The translations under genes were made by a program, and so were the position numbers. Under the pieces are notes generated by a model. That model was not told the origin of the DNA and ran no database searches. It saw nothing but the letters and a program-made list of their open reading frames with translations. This document shows, one piece after another, positions 12,801 to 27,900 of a stretch of DNA of 64,000 bases (its first letter is position 1; each line of letters starts with the position of its first letter). This DNA comes from Antedon mediterranea (Eukaryota > Animalia > Echinodermata): NCBI RefSeq assembly GCF_964355755.1, contig NC_092677.1, positions 21,439,175 to 21,503,174 on the forward strand. Direction: 5' to 3'.

Positions 12801-14129
12801 AAACTTTTTCACACAAAACATCAAAGTTTACAAAATAGCTTCAAATCGCATTTGGAGACGTTTTAGACCATTTTGTGATTTTCGAAAAAACTTGTTAACA
12901 TAAAAACACCAAAGTGCTCAGAATACCTTCAAATCGCATTTTGAGACGTTTTAGACCATTTTGTGATTTTCGAAAAAACTTGTTAACATAAAAATACCAA
13001 AGTGCTCAGAATACCTTCAAATCGTGTTTTGAGACGTTTTAAACCATTTTGTGATTTTCGAAAAAACTTAACATAAAAACACCAAAGTGCTCAGAATACC
13101 TTCAAATCGCATTTGGAGACGTTTTAGACCATTTTGTGATTTTGGAAAAAACTTGTTAACATAAAAACACCAAAGTGCTTAGAAAAGCTTCAAATCGCAT
13201 TTGGAGACGTTTTAGACCCTTTTGTGCATTTCGATGAAACTTGGTTACACAAAAACATCAAAGTGCTTAAAATCACAGTAGAAACCGTTTTAGACCATTT
13301 TGAGCATTTCGTTAAAATTTTTCACAGAAAAACATCAAAGAGCAGAAAATAGCTTAATATCGTATTTAAAAACGTTTTAGACCATTTTGAGCATTTCGAC
13401 AAAACTTTTTCACACAAAACATCAAAGTGTACAGATAAGCTTCAAATCGCATTTGGAGACGTTTTAAACCATTTTGAGCATTTCGATAAAATTTTACACA
13501 CAAAAACATCAAAGTGCACAAAATAGCTTAATATGGTATTTAAAAACGTTTTAGACCATTTTGAGCATTTCAACAAAACTTTTTCTCACAAAACATCAAA
13601 GTGTACAGAATAGCATTTGGAGACGTTTTAGACCATTTTGTGCATTTCGATGAAACTTGGTTACACAAAAACATCAAAGTGCTTAAAATCACATTTTGAG
13701 CATTTCGTTAAAACTTTTCACACAAAAACATCAAAGTCCACAAAATAGCTTAATATCGTATTTAAAAACGTTTTAGACCATTTTGAGCATTTCGAAAAAA
13801 CTTTTTCACACAAAACATCAAAGTTTACAAAATAGCTTCAAATCGCATTTGGAGACGTTATAGACCATTTTGTGATTTTCGAAAAAACTTGTTAACATAA
13901 AAACACCAAAGTGCTCAGAATACCTTCAAATCGCATTTTGAGACGTTTTAGACCATTTTGTGATTTTCGAAAAAACTTGTTAACATAAAAACACCAAAGT
14001 GCTCAGAATACCTTCAAATCGTGTTTTGAGACGTTTTAGACCATTTTGTGATTTTGGAAAAACTTGTTAACATAAAAACACCAAAGTGCTCAGAATACCT
14101 TCAAATCGCATTTGGAGACGTTTTAGAGC

Positions 14130-16628
14130 ATTTTGTGATTTTCGAAAAAACTTGTTAACATAAAAACACCAAAGTGCTTAGAAAAGCTTGAAATCGCATT
14201 TGGAGACGTTTTAGACCATTTTGTGCATTTCGATGAAACTTGGTTACACAAAAACATCAAAGTGCTTAAAATCACATTTTGAGCATTTCGTTAAAACTTT
14301 TCACACAAAAACATCAAAGAGTAAAAAATAGCTTAATATCGTATTTAAAAACGTTTTAGACCATTTTGAGCATTTCGACAAAATTTTTTCACACAAAACA
14401 TCAAAGTGTACAGAATAGCTTTAAATCGCATTTGGAGACGTTTTAGACCATTTTGTTCATTTCGATGAAACAAAAACACAAAAACATCAAATTGCACAAA
14501 ATGGCTTAATATGATATGGGAAAACGTTTTAGACCATTTTGAACATTTCGTTAAAAGTTTTCACACAAAAACATCAAAGTCCACAAAATAGCTTAATATC
14601 GTATTTAAAAACGTTTTAGACCAATTTGAGCATTTCGAAAAAACTTTTTCACACAAAACATCAAAGTTTACAAAATAGCTTCAAATCGCATTTGGAGACG
14701 TTATAGACCATTTTGTGATTTTCGAAAAAACTTGTTAACATAAAAACACCAAAGTTCTCAGAATACCTTCAAATCGCATTTTGAGACGTTTTAGACCATT
14801 TTATGATTTTCGAAAAAACTTGTTAACATAAAAACACCAAAGTGCTCAGAATACCTTCAAATCGTGTTTTGAGACGTTTTAGACCATTTTGTGATTTTCG
14901 AAAAAACTTAACATAAAAACACCAAAGTGCTCAGAATACCTTCAAATCGCATTTGGAGACGTTTTAGACCATTTTGTGATTTTCGAAAAAACTTGTTAAC
15001 ATAAAAACACCAAAGTGCTCAGAATACCTTCAAATCGTATTTTGAGACGTTTTAGACAATTTTGTGATTTTCGAAAAAACTTGTTAACATAAAAACACCA
15101 AAGTGCTTAGAAAAGCTTGAAATCGCATTTGGAGACGTTTTAGACCATTTTGTGCATTTCGATGAAACTTGGTTACACAAAAACATCAAAGTGCTTAAAA
15201 TCACATTTTGAGCATTTCGTTAAAACTTTTCACACAAAAACATCAAAGAGTAAAAAATAGCTTAATATCGTATTTAAAAACGTTTTAGACCATTTTGAGC
15301 ATTTCGACAAAATTTTTTCACACAAAACATCAAAGTGTACAGAATAGCTTTAAATCGCATTTGGAGACGTTTTAGACCATTTTGTTCATTTCGATGAAAC
15401 AAAAACACAAAAACATCAAATTGCACAAAATGGCTTAATATGATATGGGAAAACGTTTTAGACCATTTTGAACATTTCGTTAAAAGTTTTCACACAAAAA
15501 CATCAAAGTCCACAAAATAGCTTAATATCGTATTTAAAAACGTTTTAGACCAATTTGAGCAATTCGAAAAAACTTTTTCACACAAAACATCAAAGTTTAC
15601 AAAATAGCTTCAAATCGCATTTGGAGACGTTATAGACCATTTTGTGATTTTCGAAAAAACTTGTTAACATAAAAACACCAAAGTGCTCAGAATACCTTCA
15701 AATCGCATTTTGAGACGTTTTAGACCATTTTATGATTTTCGAAAAAACTTGTTAACATAAAAACACCAAAGTGCTCAGAATACCTTCAAATCGTGTTTTG
15801 AGACGTTTTAGACCATTTTGTGATTTTCGAAAAAACTTAACATAAAAACACCAAAGTGCTCAGAATACCTTCAAATCGCATTTGGAGACGTTATAGACCA
15901 TTTTGTGATTTTCGAAAAAACTTGTTAACATAAAAACACCAAAGTGCTCAGAATACCTTCAAATCGTATTTTGAGACGTTTTAGACAATTTTGTGATTTT
16001 CGAAAAAACTTGTTAACATAAAAACACCAAAGTGCTTAGAAAAGCTTGAAATCGCATTTGGAGACGTTTTAGACCATTTTGTGCATTTCGATGAAACTTG
16101 GTTACACAAAAACATCAAAGTGCTTAAAATCACATTTTGAGCATTTCGTTAAAACTTTTCACACAAAAACATCAAAGAGTAAAAAATAGCTTAATATCGT
16201 ATTTAAAAACGTTTTAGACCATTTTGAGCATTTCGACAAAATTTTTTCACACAAAACATCAAAGTGTACAGAATAGCTTTAAATCGCATTTGGAGACGTT
16301 TTAGACCATTTTGTTCATTTCGATGAAACAAAAACACAAAAACATCAAATTGCACAAAATGGCTTAATATGATATGGGAAAACGTTTTAGACCATTTTGA
16401 ACATTTCGTTAAAAGTTTTCACACAAAAACATCAAAGTCCACAAAATAGCTTAATATCGTATTTAAAAACGTTTTAGACCATTTTGAGCATTTCGAAAAA
16501 ACTTTTTCACACAAAACATCAAAGTTTACAAAATAGCTTCAAATCGCATTTGGAGACGTTATAGACCATTTTGTGATTTTCGAAAAAACTTGTTAACATA
16601 AAAACACCAAAGTGCTCAGAATACCTTC
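14130..16628. repeat. Higher-order repeat, 929-bp period (11 monomers), about 2.7 copies, followed by a 668-bp (8-monomer) variant
   Basis: gagtaaaaaa occurs at 14319, 15248 and 16177 (929 spacing), then at 16845 (668). The first two copies share gaccaatttg, ttttatgatt and aacttaacat. Confidence 0.85.
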
Positions 16629-18909
16629 ACATCGCATTTTGAGACGTTTTAGACCATTTTGTGATTTTCGAAAAAACTTGTTAACATAAAAACACCAAAG
16701 TGCTTAGAAAAGCTTGGAATCGCATTTGGAGACGTTTTAGACCATTTTGAGCATTTCGATGAAACTTGGTTACACAAAAACATCAAAGTGCTTAAAATCA
16801 CATTTTGAGCATTTCGTTAAAACTTTTCACACAAAAACATCAAAGAGTAAAAAATAGCTTAATATCGTATTTAAAAACGTTTTAGACCATTTTGAGCATT
16901 TCGACAAAATTTTTTCACACAAAACATCAAAGTGTACAGAATAGCTTTAAATCGCATTTGGAGACGTTTTAGACCATTTTGTTCATTTCGATGAAACAAA
17001 AACACAAAAACATCAAATTGCACAAAATGGCTTAATATGATATGGGAAAACGTTTTAGACCATTTTGAACATTTCGTTAAAAGTTTTCACACAAAAACAT
17101 CAAAGAGCAAAAAATAGCTTAATATCGTATTTAAAAACGTTTTAGACCATTTTGAGCATTTCGACAAAACTTTTTCACACAAAACATCAAAGTGTACAGA
17201 TAAGCTTCAAATCGCATTTGGAGACGTTTTAAACCATTTTGAGCATTTCGATAAAATTTTACACACAAAAACATCAAAGTGCACAAAATAGCTTAATATG
17301 GTATTTAAAAACGTTTTAGACCATTTTGAGCATTTCAACAAAACTTTTTCTCACAAAACATCAAAGTGTACAGAATAGCTTCAAATCGCATTTGGAGACG
17401 TTTTAGACCATTTTGTGCATTTCGATGAAACTTGGTTACACAAAAACATCAAAGTGCTTAAAATCACATTTTGAGCATTTCGTTAAAACTTTTCACACAA
17501 AAACATCAAAGTCCACAAAATAGCTTAATATCTTATTTAAAAACGTTTTAGACCATTTTGAGCATTTCGAAAAAACTTTTTCACACAAAACATCAAAGTT
17601 TACAAAATAGCTTCAAATCGCATTTGGAGACGTTTTAGACCATTTTGTGATTTTCGAAAAAACTTGTTAACATAAAAACACCAAAGTGCTCAGAATACCT
17701 TCAAATCGCATTTGGAGACGTTTTAGACCATTTTGTGATTTTCGAAAAAACTTGTTAACATAAAAACACCAAAGTGCTTAGAAAAGCTTCAAATCGCATT
17801 TGGAGATGTTTTAGACCATTTTGTGCATTTCGATGAAACTTGGTTACACAAAAACATCAAAGTGCTTAAAATCACATTTTGAGCATTTCGTTAAAACTTT
17901 TCACACAAAAACATCAAAGAGTAATAAATAGCTCAATATCGTATTTAAAAACGTTTTAGACCATTTTGAGCATTTCGACAAAATTTTTTCAAACAAAACA
18001 TTAAAGTGTACAGAATAGCTTTAAATCGCATTTGGAGACGTTTTAGACCATTTTGTTCATTTCGATGAAACAAAAACACAAAAACATCAAATTGCACAAA
18101 ATGGCTTAATATGATATGGGAAAACGTTTTAGACCATTTTGAACATTTCGTTAAAAGTTTTCACACAAAAATATCAAAGTCCACAAAATAGCTTAATATC
18201 GTATTTAAAAACGTTTTAGACCATTTTGAGCATTTCGAAAAAACTTTTTCACACAAAACATCAAAGTTTACAAAATAGCTTCAAATCGCATTTGGAGACG
18301 TTTTAGACCATTTTGTGATTTTCGAAAAAACTTGTTAACATAAAAACACCAAAGTGCTCAGAATACCTTCAAATCGCATTTTGAGACGTTTTAGACCATT
18401 TTGTGATTTTCGAAAAAACTTGTTAACATAAAAACACCAAAGTGCTCAGAATACCTTCAAATCGCATTTGGAGACGTTTTAGACCATTTTGTGATTTTCG
18501 TAAAAACTTGTTAACATAAAAACACCAAAGTGCTTAGAAAAGTTTCAAATCGCATTTGGAGACGTTTTAGACCATTTTGTTCATTTCGATGAAACTTGGT
18601 TACACAAAAACATCAAATTGCACAAAATGGCTTAATATGGTATGGGAAAACGTTTTAGACCATTTTGAACATTTCGAGAAAACTTTTTCACACAAAACTT
18701 CAAAGTGTACAGAATAGCTTCAAATCGCATTAGAAACCGTTTTAGACCATTTTGAGCATTTCGAAAAAACTTTTTCACACAAAACATCAAAGTTTACAAA
18801 ATAGCTTCAAATCACATTTGGAGACGTTTTAGACCATTTTGTGATTTTCAAAAAAACTTGTTAACATAAAAACACCAAAGTGCTCAGGATACCTTCAAAT
18901 CGCATTTTG

Positions 18910-21900
18910 AGACGTTTTAGACCATTTTGTGATTTTCGGAAAAACTTGTTAACATAAAAACACCAAAGTGCTCAGAATACCTTCAAATCGTATTTTGAGA
19001 CGTTTTAGACAATTTTGTGATTTTCGAAAAAACTTGTTAACATAAAAACACCAAAGTGCTTAGAAAAGCTTAAAAAACGCATTTGGAGACGTTTTAGACC
19101 ATTTTGTGCATTTCGATGAAACTTGGTTACACAAAAACATCAAAGTGTACAGAATAGCTTCAAATCGCATTAGAAACCGTTTTAGACCATTTTGAGCATT
19201 TCGAAAAAACTTTTTCACACAAAACATCAAAGTGTACAAAATAGCTTCAAATCGCATTTGGAGACGTTTTAGACAATTTTGTGATTTTCGAAAAAACTTG
19301 TTTACATAAAAACACCAAAGTGCTCAGAATAGCTTCCAATCGCATTTTGAGACGTTTTAGACCCTTTTGTGCATTTCGATGAAACTTGGTTACACAAAAA
19401 CATCAAAGTGCTTAAAATCACAGTAGAAACCGTTTTAGACCATTTTGAGCATTTCGTTAAAATTTTTCACAGAAAAACATCAAAGAGCAAAAAATAGCTT
19501 AATATCGTATTTAAAAACGTTTTAGACCATTTTGAGCATTTCGACAAAACTTTTTCACACAAAACATCAAAGTGTACAGATAAGCTTCAAATCGCATTTG
19601 GAGACGTTTTAAACCATTTTGAGCATTTCGATAAAATTTTACACACAAAAACATCAAAGTGCACAAAATAGCTTAATATGGTATTTAAAAACGTTTTAGA
19701 CCATTTTGAGCATTTCAACAAAACTTTTTCTCACAAAACATCAAGGTGTACAGAATAGCTTCAAATCGCATTTGGAGACGTTTTAGACCATTTTGTGCAT
19801 TTCGATGAAACTTGGTTATACAAAAACATCAAAGTGCTTAAATTCACATTTTGAGCATTTCGTTAAAACTTTTCACACAAAAACATCAAAGTCCACAAAA
19901 TAGCTTAATATCGTATTTAAAAACGTTTTAGACCATTTTGAGAATTTCGAAAAAACTTTTTCACACAAAACATCAAAGTTTACAAAATAGCTTCAAATCG
20001 CATTTGGAGACGTTTTAGACCATTTTGTGATTTTCGAAAAAACTTGTTAACATAAAAACACCAAAGTGCTTAGAAAAGCTTCAAATCGCATTTGGAGACG
20101 TTTTAGACCATTTTTTGCATTTCGATGAAACTTGGTTACAAAAAAACATCAAAGTGCTTAAAATCACATTTTGAGCATTTCGTTAAAACTTTTCACACAA
20201 AAACATCAAAGTCCACAAAATAGCTTAATATCGTATTTAAAAACGTTTTAGACCATTTTGAGCATTTCGAAAAAACTTTTCCACACAAAACATCAAAGTT
20301 TACAAAATAGCTTCAAATCGCATTTGGAGACGTTTTAGACCATTTTGTGATTTTCGAAAAAACTTGTTAACATAAAAATACCAAAGTGCTCAGAATACCT
20401 TCAAATCGTGTTTTGAGACGTTTTAGACCATTTTGTGATTTTCGAAAAAACTTAACATAAAAACACCAAAGTGCTCAGAATACCTTCAAATCGCATTTGG
20501 AGACGTTTTAGACCATTTTGTGATTTTGGAAAAAACTTGTTAACATAAAAACACCAAAGTGCTTAGAAAAGCTTCAAATCGCATTTGGAGACGTTTTAGA
20601 CCCTTTTGTGCATTTCGATGAAACTTGGTTACACAAAAACATCAAAGTGCTTAAAATCACAGTAGAAACCGTTTTAGACCATTTTGAGCATTTCGTTAAA
20701 ATTTTTCACAGAAAAACATCAAAGAGCAAAAAATAGCTTAATATCGTATTTAAAAACGTTTTAGACCATTTTGAGCATTTCGACAAAACTTTTTCACACA
20801 AAACATCAAAGTGTACAGATAAGCTTCAAATCGCATTTGGAGACGTTTTAAACCATTTTGAGCATTTCGATAAAATTTTACACACAAAAACATCAAAGTG
20901 CACAAAATAGCTTAATATGGTATTTAAAAACGTTTTAGACCATTTTGAGCATTTCAACAAAACTTTTTCTCACAAAACATCAAAGTGTACAGAATAGCTT
21001 CAAATCGCATTTGGAGACGTTTTAGACCATTTTGTGCATTTCGATGAAACTTGGTTACACAAAAACATCAAAGTGCTTAAAATCACATTTTGAGCATTTC
21101 GTTAAAACTTTTCACACAAAAACATCAAAGTCCACAAAATAGCTTAATATCTTATTTAAAAACGTTTTAGACCATTTTGAGCATTTCGAAAAAACTTTTT
21201 CACACAAAACATCAAAGTTTACAAAATAGCTTCAAATCGCATTTGGAGACGTTTTAGACCATTTTGTGATTTTCGAAAAAACTTGTTAACATAAAAACAC
21301 CAAAGTGCTCAGAATACCTTCAAATCTTATTTGGAGACGTTTTAGACCATTTTGTGATTTTCGAAAAAACTTGTTAACATAAAAACACCAAAGTGCTTAG
21401 AAAAGCTTCAAATCGCATTTGGAGATGTTTTAGACCATTTTGTGCATTTCGATGAAACTTGGTTACACAAAAACATCAAAGTGCTTAAAATCACATTTTG
21501 AGCATTTCGTTAAAACTTTTCACACAAAAACATCAAAGTCCACAAAATAGCTTAATATCGTATTTAAAAACGTTTTAGACCATTTTGAGCATTTCGAAAA
21601 AACTTTTCCACAGAAAACATCAAAGTTTACAAAATAGCTTCAAATCGCATTTGGAGACGTTTTAGACCATTTTGTGATTTTCGAAAAAACTTGTTAACAT
21701 AAAAACACCAAAGTGCTCAGAATACCTTCAAATCGTGTTTTGAGACGTTTTAGACCATTTTGTAATTTTCGAAAAAACTTGTTAACATAAAAACACCAAA
21801 GTGCTCAGAATACCTTCACATCGCATTTTGAGACGTTTTAGACCATTTTGTGATTTTCGAAAAAACTTGTTAACATAAAAACACCAAAGTGCTTAGAAAA

Positions 21901-24900
21901 GCTTGAAATCGCATTTGGAGACGTTTTAGACCATTTTGTGCATTTCGATGAAACTTGGTTACACAAAAACATCAAAGTGCTTAAAATCACATTTTGAGCA
22001 TTTCGTTAAAACTTTTCACACAAAAACATCAAAGAGTAATAAATAGCTTAATATCGTATTTAAAAACGTTTTAGACCATTTTGAGCATTTCGACAAAATT
22101 TTTTCAAACAAAACATCAAAGTGTACAGAATAGCTTTAAATCGCATTTGGAGACGTTTTAGACCATTTTGTTCATTTCGATGAAACAAAAACACAAAAAC
22201 ATCAAATTGCACAAAATGGCTTAATATGATATGGGAAAACGTTTTAGACCATTTTGAACATTTCGTTAAAAGTTTTCACACAAAAACATCAAAGTCCACA
22301 AAATAGCTTAATATCGTATTTAAAAACGTTTTAGACCATTTTGAGCATTTCGAAAAAACTTTTTCACACAAAACATCAAAGTTTACAAAATAGCTTCAAA
22401 TCGCATTTGGAGACGTTTTAGACCATTTTGTGATTTTCGAAAAAACTTGTTAACATAAAAACACCAAAGTGCTCAGAATACCTTCAAATCGCATTTTGAG
22501 ACGTTTTAGACCATTTTGTGATTTTCGAAAAAACTTGTTAACATAAAAACACCAAAGTGCTCAGAATACCTTCAAATCGCATTTGGAGACGTTTTAGACC
22601 ATTTTGTGATTTTCGTAAAAACTTGTTAACATAAAAACACCAAAGTGCTTAGAAAAGTTTCAAATCGCATTTGGAGACGTTTTAGACCATTTTGTTCATT
22701 TCGATGAAACTTGGTTACACAAAAACATCAAATTGCACAAAATGGCTTAATATGGTATGGGAAAACGTTTTAGACCATTTTGAACATTTCGAGAAAACTT
22801 TTTCACACAAAACTTCAAAGTGTACAGAATAGCTTCAAATCGCATTAGAAACCGTTTTAGACCATTTTGAGCATTTCGAAAAAACTTTTTCACACAAAAC
22901 ATCAAAGTTTACAAAATAGCTTCAAATCACATTTGGAGACGTTTTAGACCATTTTGTGATTTTCAAAAAAACTTGTTAACATAAAAACACCAAAGTGCTC
23001 AGGATACCTTCAAATCGCATTTTGAGACGTTTTAGACCATTTTGTGATTTTCGGAAAAACTTGTTAACATAAAAACACCAAAGTGCTCAGAATACCTTCA
23101 AATCGTATTTTGAGACGTTTTAGACAATTTTGTGATTTTCGAAAAAACTTGTTAACATAAAAACACCAAAGTGCTCAGAATACCTTCAAATCGTATTTTG
23201 AGACGTTTTAGACAATTTTGTGATTTTCGAAAAAACTTGTTAACATAAAAACACCAAAGTGCTTAGAAAAGCTTCAAATCGCATTTGGAGACGTTTTAGA
23301 CCATTTTGTGCATTTCGATGAAACTTGGTTACACAAAAACATCAAAGTGTACAGAATAGCTTCAAATCGCATTAGAAACCGTTTTAGACCATTTTGAGCA
23401 TTTCGAAAAAACTTTTTCACACAAAACATCAAAGTGTACAAAATAGCTTCAAATCGCATTTGGAGACGTTTTAGACAATTTTGTGATTTTCGAAAAAACT
23501 TGTTTACATAAAAACACCAAAGTGCTCAGAATAGCTTCCAATCGAATTTTGAGACGTTTTAGACCCTTTTGTGCATTTCGATGAAACTTGGTTACACAAA
23601 AACATCAAAGTGCTTAAAATCACAGTAGAAACCGTTTTAGACCATTTTGAGCATTTCGTTAAAATTTTTCACAGAAAAACATCAAAGAGCAAAAAATAGC
23701 TTAATATCGTGTTTAAAAACGTTTTAGACCATTTTGAGCATTTCGACAAAACTTTTTCACACAAAACATCAAAGTGTACAGATAAGCTTCAAATCGCATT
23801 TGGAGACGTTTTAAATCATTTTGAGCATTTCGATAAAATTTTACACACAAAAACATCAAAGTGCACAAAATAGCTTAATATGGTATTTAAAAACGTTTTA
23901 GACCATTTTGAGCATTTCAACAAAACTTTTTCTCACAAAACATCAAAGTGTACAGAATAGCTTCAAATCGCATTTGGAGACGTTTTAGACCATTTTGTGC
24001 ATTTCGATGAAACTTGGTTACACAAAAACATCAAAGTGCTTAAATTCACATTTTGAGAATTTCGTTAAAACTTTTCACACAAAAACATCAAAGTCCACAA
24101 AATAGCTTAATATCGTATTTAAAAACGTTTTAGACCATTTTGAGAATTTCGAAAAAACTTTTTCACACAAAACATCAAAGTTTACAAAATAGCTTCAAAT
24201 CGCATTTGGAGACGTTTTAGACCATTTTGTGATTTTCGAAAAAACTTGTTAACATAAAAACACCAAAGTGCTCAGAATACCTTCAAATCGCATTTGGAGA
24301 CGTTTTAGACCATTTTGTGATTTTCGAAAAAACTTGTTAACATAAAAACACCAAAGTGCTTAGAAAAGCTTCAAATCGCATTTGGAGACGTTTTAGACCA
24401 TTTTTTGCATTTCGATGAAACTTGGTTACACAAAAACATCAAAGTGCTTAAAATCACATTTTGAGCATTTCGTTAAAACTTTTCACACAAAAACATCAAA
24501 GTCCACAAAATAGCTTAATATCGTATTTAAAAACGTTTTAGACCATTTTGAGCATTTCGAAAAAACTTTTCCACACAAAACATCAAAGTTTACAAAATAG
24601 CTTCAAATCAAATTTGGAGACGTTTTAGACCATTTTGTGATTTTCGAAAAAACTTGTTAACATAAAAACACCAAAGTGCTCAGAATACCTTCAAATCGTG
24701 TTTTGAGACGTTTTAGACCATTTTGTAATTTTCGAAAAAACTTGTTAACATAAAAACACCAAAGTGCTCAGAAAACCTTCACATCGCATTTTGAGACGTT
24801 TTAGACCATTTTGTGATTTTCGAAAAAACTTGTTAACATAAAAACACCAAAGTGCTTAGAAAAGCTTGAAATCGCATTTGGAGACGTTTTAGACCATTTT

Positions 24901-27900
24901 GTGCATTTCGATGAAACTTGGTTACACAAAAACATCAAAGTGCTTAAAATCACATTAGAAACCGTTTTAGACCATTTTGAGCATTTCGTTAAAACTTTTC
25001 ACACAAAAACATCAAAGTCCACAAAATAGCTTAATATCGTATTTAAAAACGTTTTAGACCATTTTGAGCATTTCGAAAAAACTTTTCCACACAAAACATC
25101 AAAGTTTACAAAATAGCTTCAAATCGCATTTGGAGACGTTTTAGACCATTTTGTGATTTTCGAAAAAACTTGTTAACATAAAAACACCAAAGTGCTCAGA
25201 ATACCTTCAAATCGTATTTTGAGACGTTTTAGACAATTTTGTGATTTTCGAAAAAACTTGCTAACATAAAAACACCAAAGTGCTTAGAAAAGCTTCATAT
25301 CGCATTTGGAGACGTTTTAGACCATTTTGTGCATTTCGATGAAACTTGGTTACACAAAAACATCAAAGTGCTTAAAATCACATTAGAAACCGTTTTAGAA
25401 CATTTTGAGCATTTCGTTAAAATTTTTCACAGAAAAACATCAAAGAGCAAAAAATAGCTTAATATCGTATTTAAAAACGTTTTAGACCATTTTGAGCATT
25501 TCGACAAAACTTTTTCACACAAAACAACAAAGTGTACAGAATAGCTTCAAATCGCATTTGGAGACGTTTTAACCCATTTTGAGCATTTCGATAAAATTTT
25601 ACACACAAAAACATCAAAGTGCACAAAATAGCTTAATATGGTATTTAAAAACGTTTTAGACCATTTTGAGCATTTCAACAAAACTTTTTCTCACAAAACA
25701 TCAAAGTGTACAGAATAGCTTCAAATCGCATTTGGAGACGTTTTAGACCATTTTGTGCATTTCGATGAAACTTGGTTACACAAAAACATCAAAGTGCTTA
25801 AAATCACATTTTGAGCATTTCGTTAAAACTTTTCACACAAAAACATCAAAGTCCACAAAATAGCTTAATATCGTATTTAAAAACGTTATAGACCATTTTG
25901 AGCATTTCGAAAAAACTTTTCCACACAAAACACCAAAGTGCTCAGAATACCTTCAAATCGCATTTGGAGACGTTTTAGACCCTTTTGTGCATTTCGATGA
26001 AACTTGGTTACACAAAAACATCAAAGTGCTTAAAATCACATTAGAAACCGTTTTAGACCATTTTGAGCATTTCGTTAAAATTTTTCACAGAAAAACATCA
26101 AAGAGCAAAAAATAGCTTAATATCGTATTTAAAAACGTTTTAGACCATTTTGAGCATTTCGACAAAACTTTTTCACACAAAACATCAAAGTGTACAGAAT
26201 AGCTTCAAATCGCATTTGGAGACGTTTTAACCCATTTTGAGCATTTCGATAAAATTTTACACACAAAAACATCAAAGTGCACAAAATAGCTTAATATGGT
26301 ATTTAAAAACGTTTTAGACCATTTTGAGCATTTCAACAAAACTTTTTCTCACAAAACATCAAAGTGTACAGAATAGCTTCAAATCGCATTTGGAGACATT
26401 TTAGACCATTTTGTGCATTTCGATGAAACTTGGTTACACAAAAACATCAAAGTGCTTAAAATCACATTTTGAGCATTTCGTTAAAACTTTTCACACAAAA
26501 ACATCAAAGTCCACAAAATAGCTTAATATCGTATTTAAAAACGTTTTAGACCATTTTGAGCATTTCGAAAAAACTTTTCCACACAAAACATCAAAGTTTA
26601 CAAAATAGCTTCAAATCGCATTTGGAGACGTTTTAGACCATTTTGTGATTTTCGAAAAAAACTTGTTAACATAAAAACACCAAAGTGCTCAGAATACCTT
26701 CAAATCGTGTTTTGAGACGTTTTAGACCATTTTGTAATTTTCGAAAAAACTTGTTAACATAAAAACACCAAAGTGCTCAGAATACCTTCACATCGCATTT
26801 TGAGACGTTTTAGACCATTTTGTGATTTTCGAAAAAACTTGTTAACATAAAAACACCAAAGTGCTTAGAAAAGCTTGAAATCGCATTTGGAGACGTTTTA
26901 GACCATTTTGTGAATTTCGATGAAACTTGGTTAAAGTGCTTAAAATCACATTTTGAGCATTTCGTTAAAACTTTTCACACAAAAACATCAAAGAGTAAAA
27001 AATAGCTTAATATCGTATTTAAAAACGTTTTAGACCATTTTGAGCATTTCGACAAAATTTTTTCACACAAAACATCAAAGTGTACAGAATAGCTTTAAAT
27101 CGCATTTGGAGACGTTTTAGACCATTTTGTTCATTTCGATGAAACAAAAACACAAAAACATCAAATTGCACAAAATGGCTTAATATGATATGGGAAAACG
27201 TTTTAGACCATTTTGAACATTTCGTTAAAAGTTTTCACAAAAAAACATCAAAGTCCACAAAATAGCTTAATATCGTATTTAAAAACGTTTTAGACCATTT
27301 TGAGCATTTCGAAAAAACTTTTTCACACAAAACATCAAAGTTTACAAAATAGCTTCAAATCGCATTTGGAGAAGTTTTAGACCATTTTGTGATTTTCGAA
27401 AAAACTTGTTAACATAAAAACACCAAAGTGCTCAGAATACCTTCAAATCGCATTTTGAGACGTTTTAGACCATTTTGTGATTTTCGAAAAAACTTGTTAA
27501 CATAAAAACACCAAAGTGCTCAGAATACCTTCAAATCGTGTTTTGAGACGTTTTAGACCATTTTGTGATTTTGGAAAAACTTGTTAACATAAAAACACCA
27601 AAGTGCTCAGAATACCTTCAAATCGCATTTGGAGACGTTTTAGACCATTTTGTGATTTTCGAAAAAACTTGTTAACATAAAAACACCAAAGTGCTCAGAA
27701 AAGCTTCAAATCGCAATTGGAGACGTTTTAAACCATTTTGTTCATTTCGATGAAACTTGGTTACACAAAAACATCAAATTGCACAAAATGGCTTTATATT
27801 GTATGGGAAAACGTTTTAGACCATTTTGAACATTTCGAGAAAACTTTTTCACACAAAACTTCAAAGTGTACAGAATAGCTTCAAATCGCATTAGAAACCG

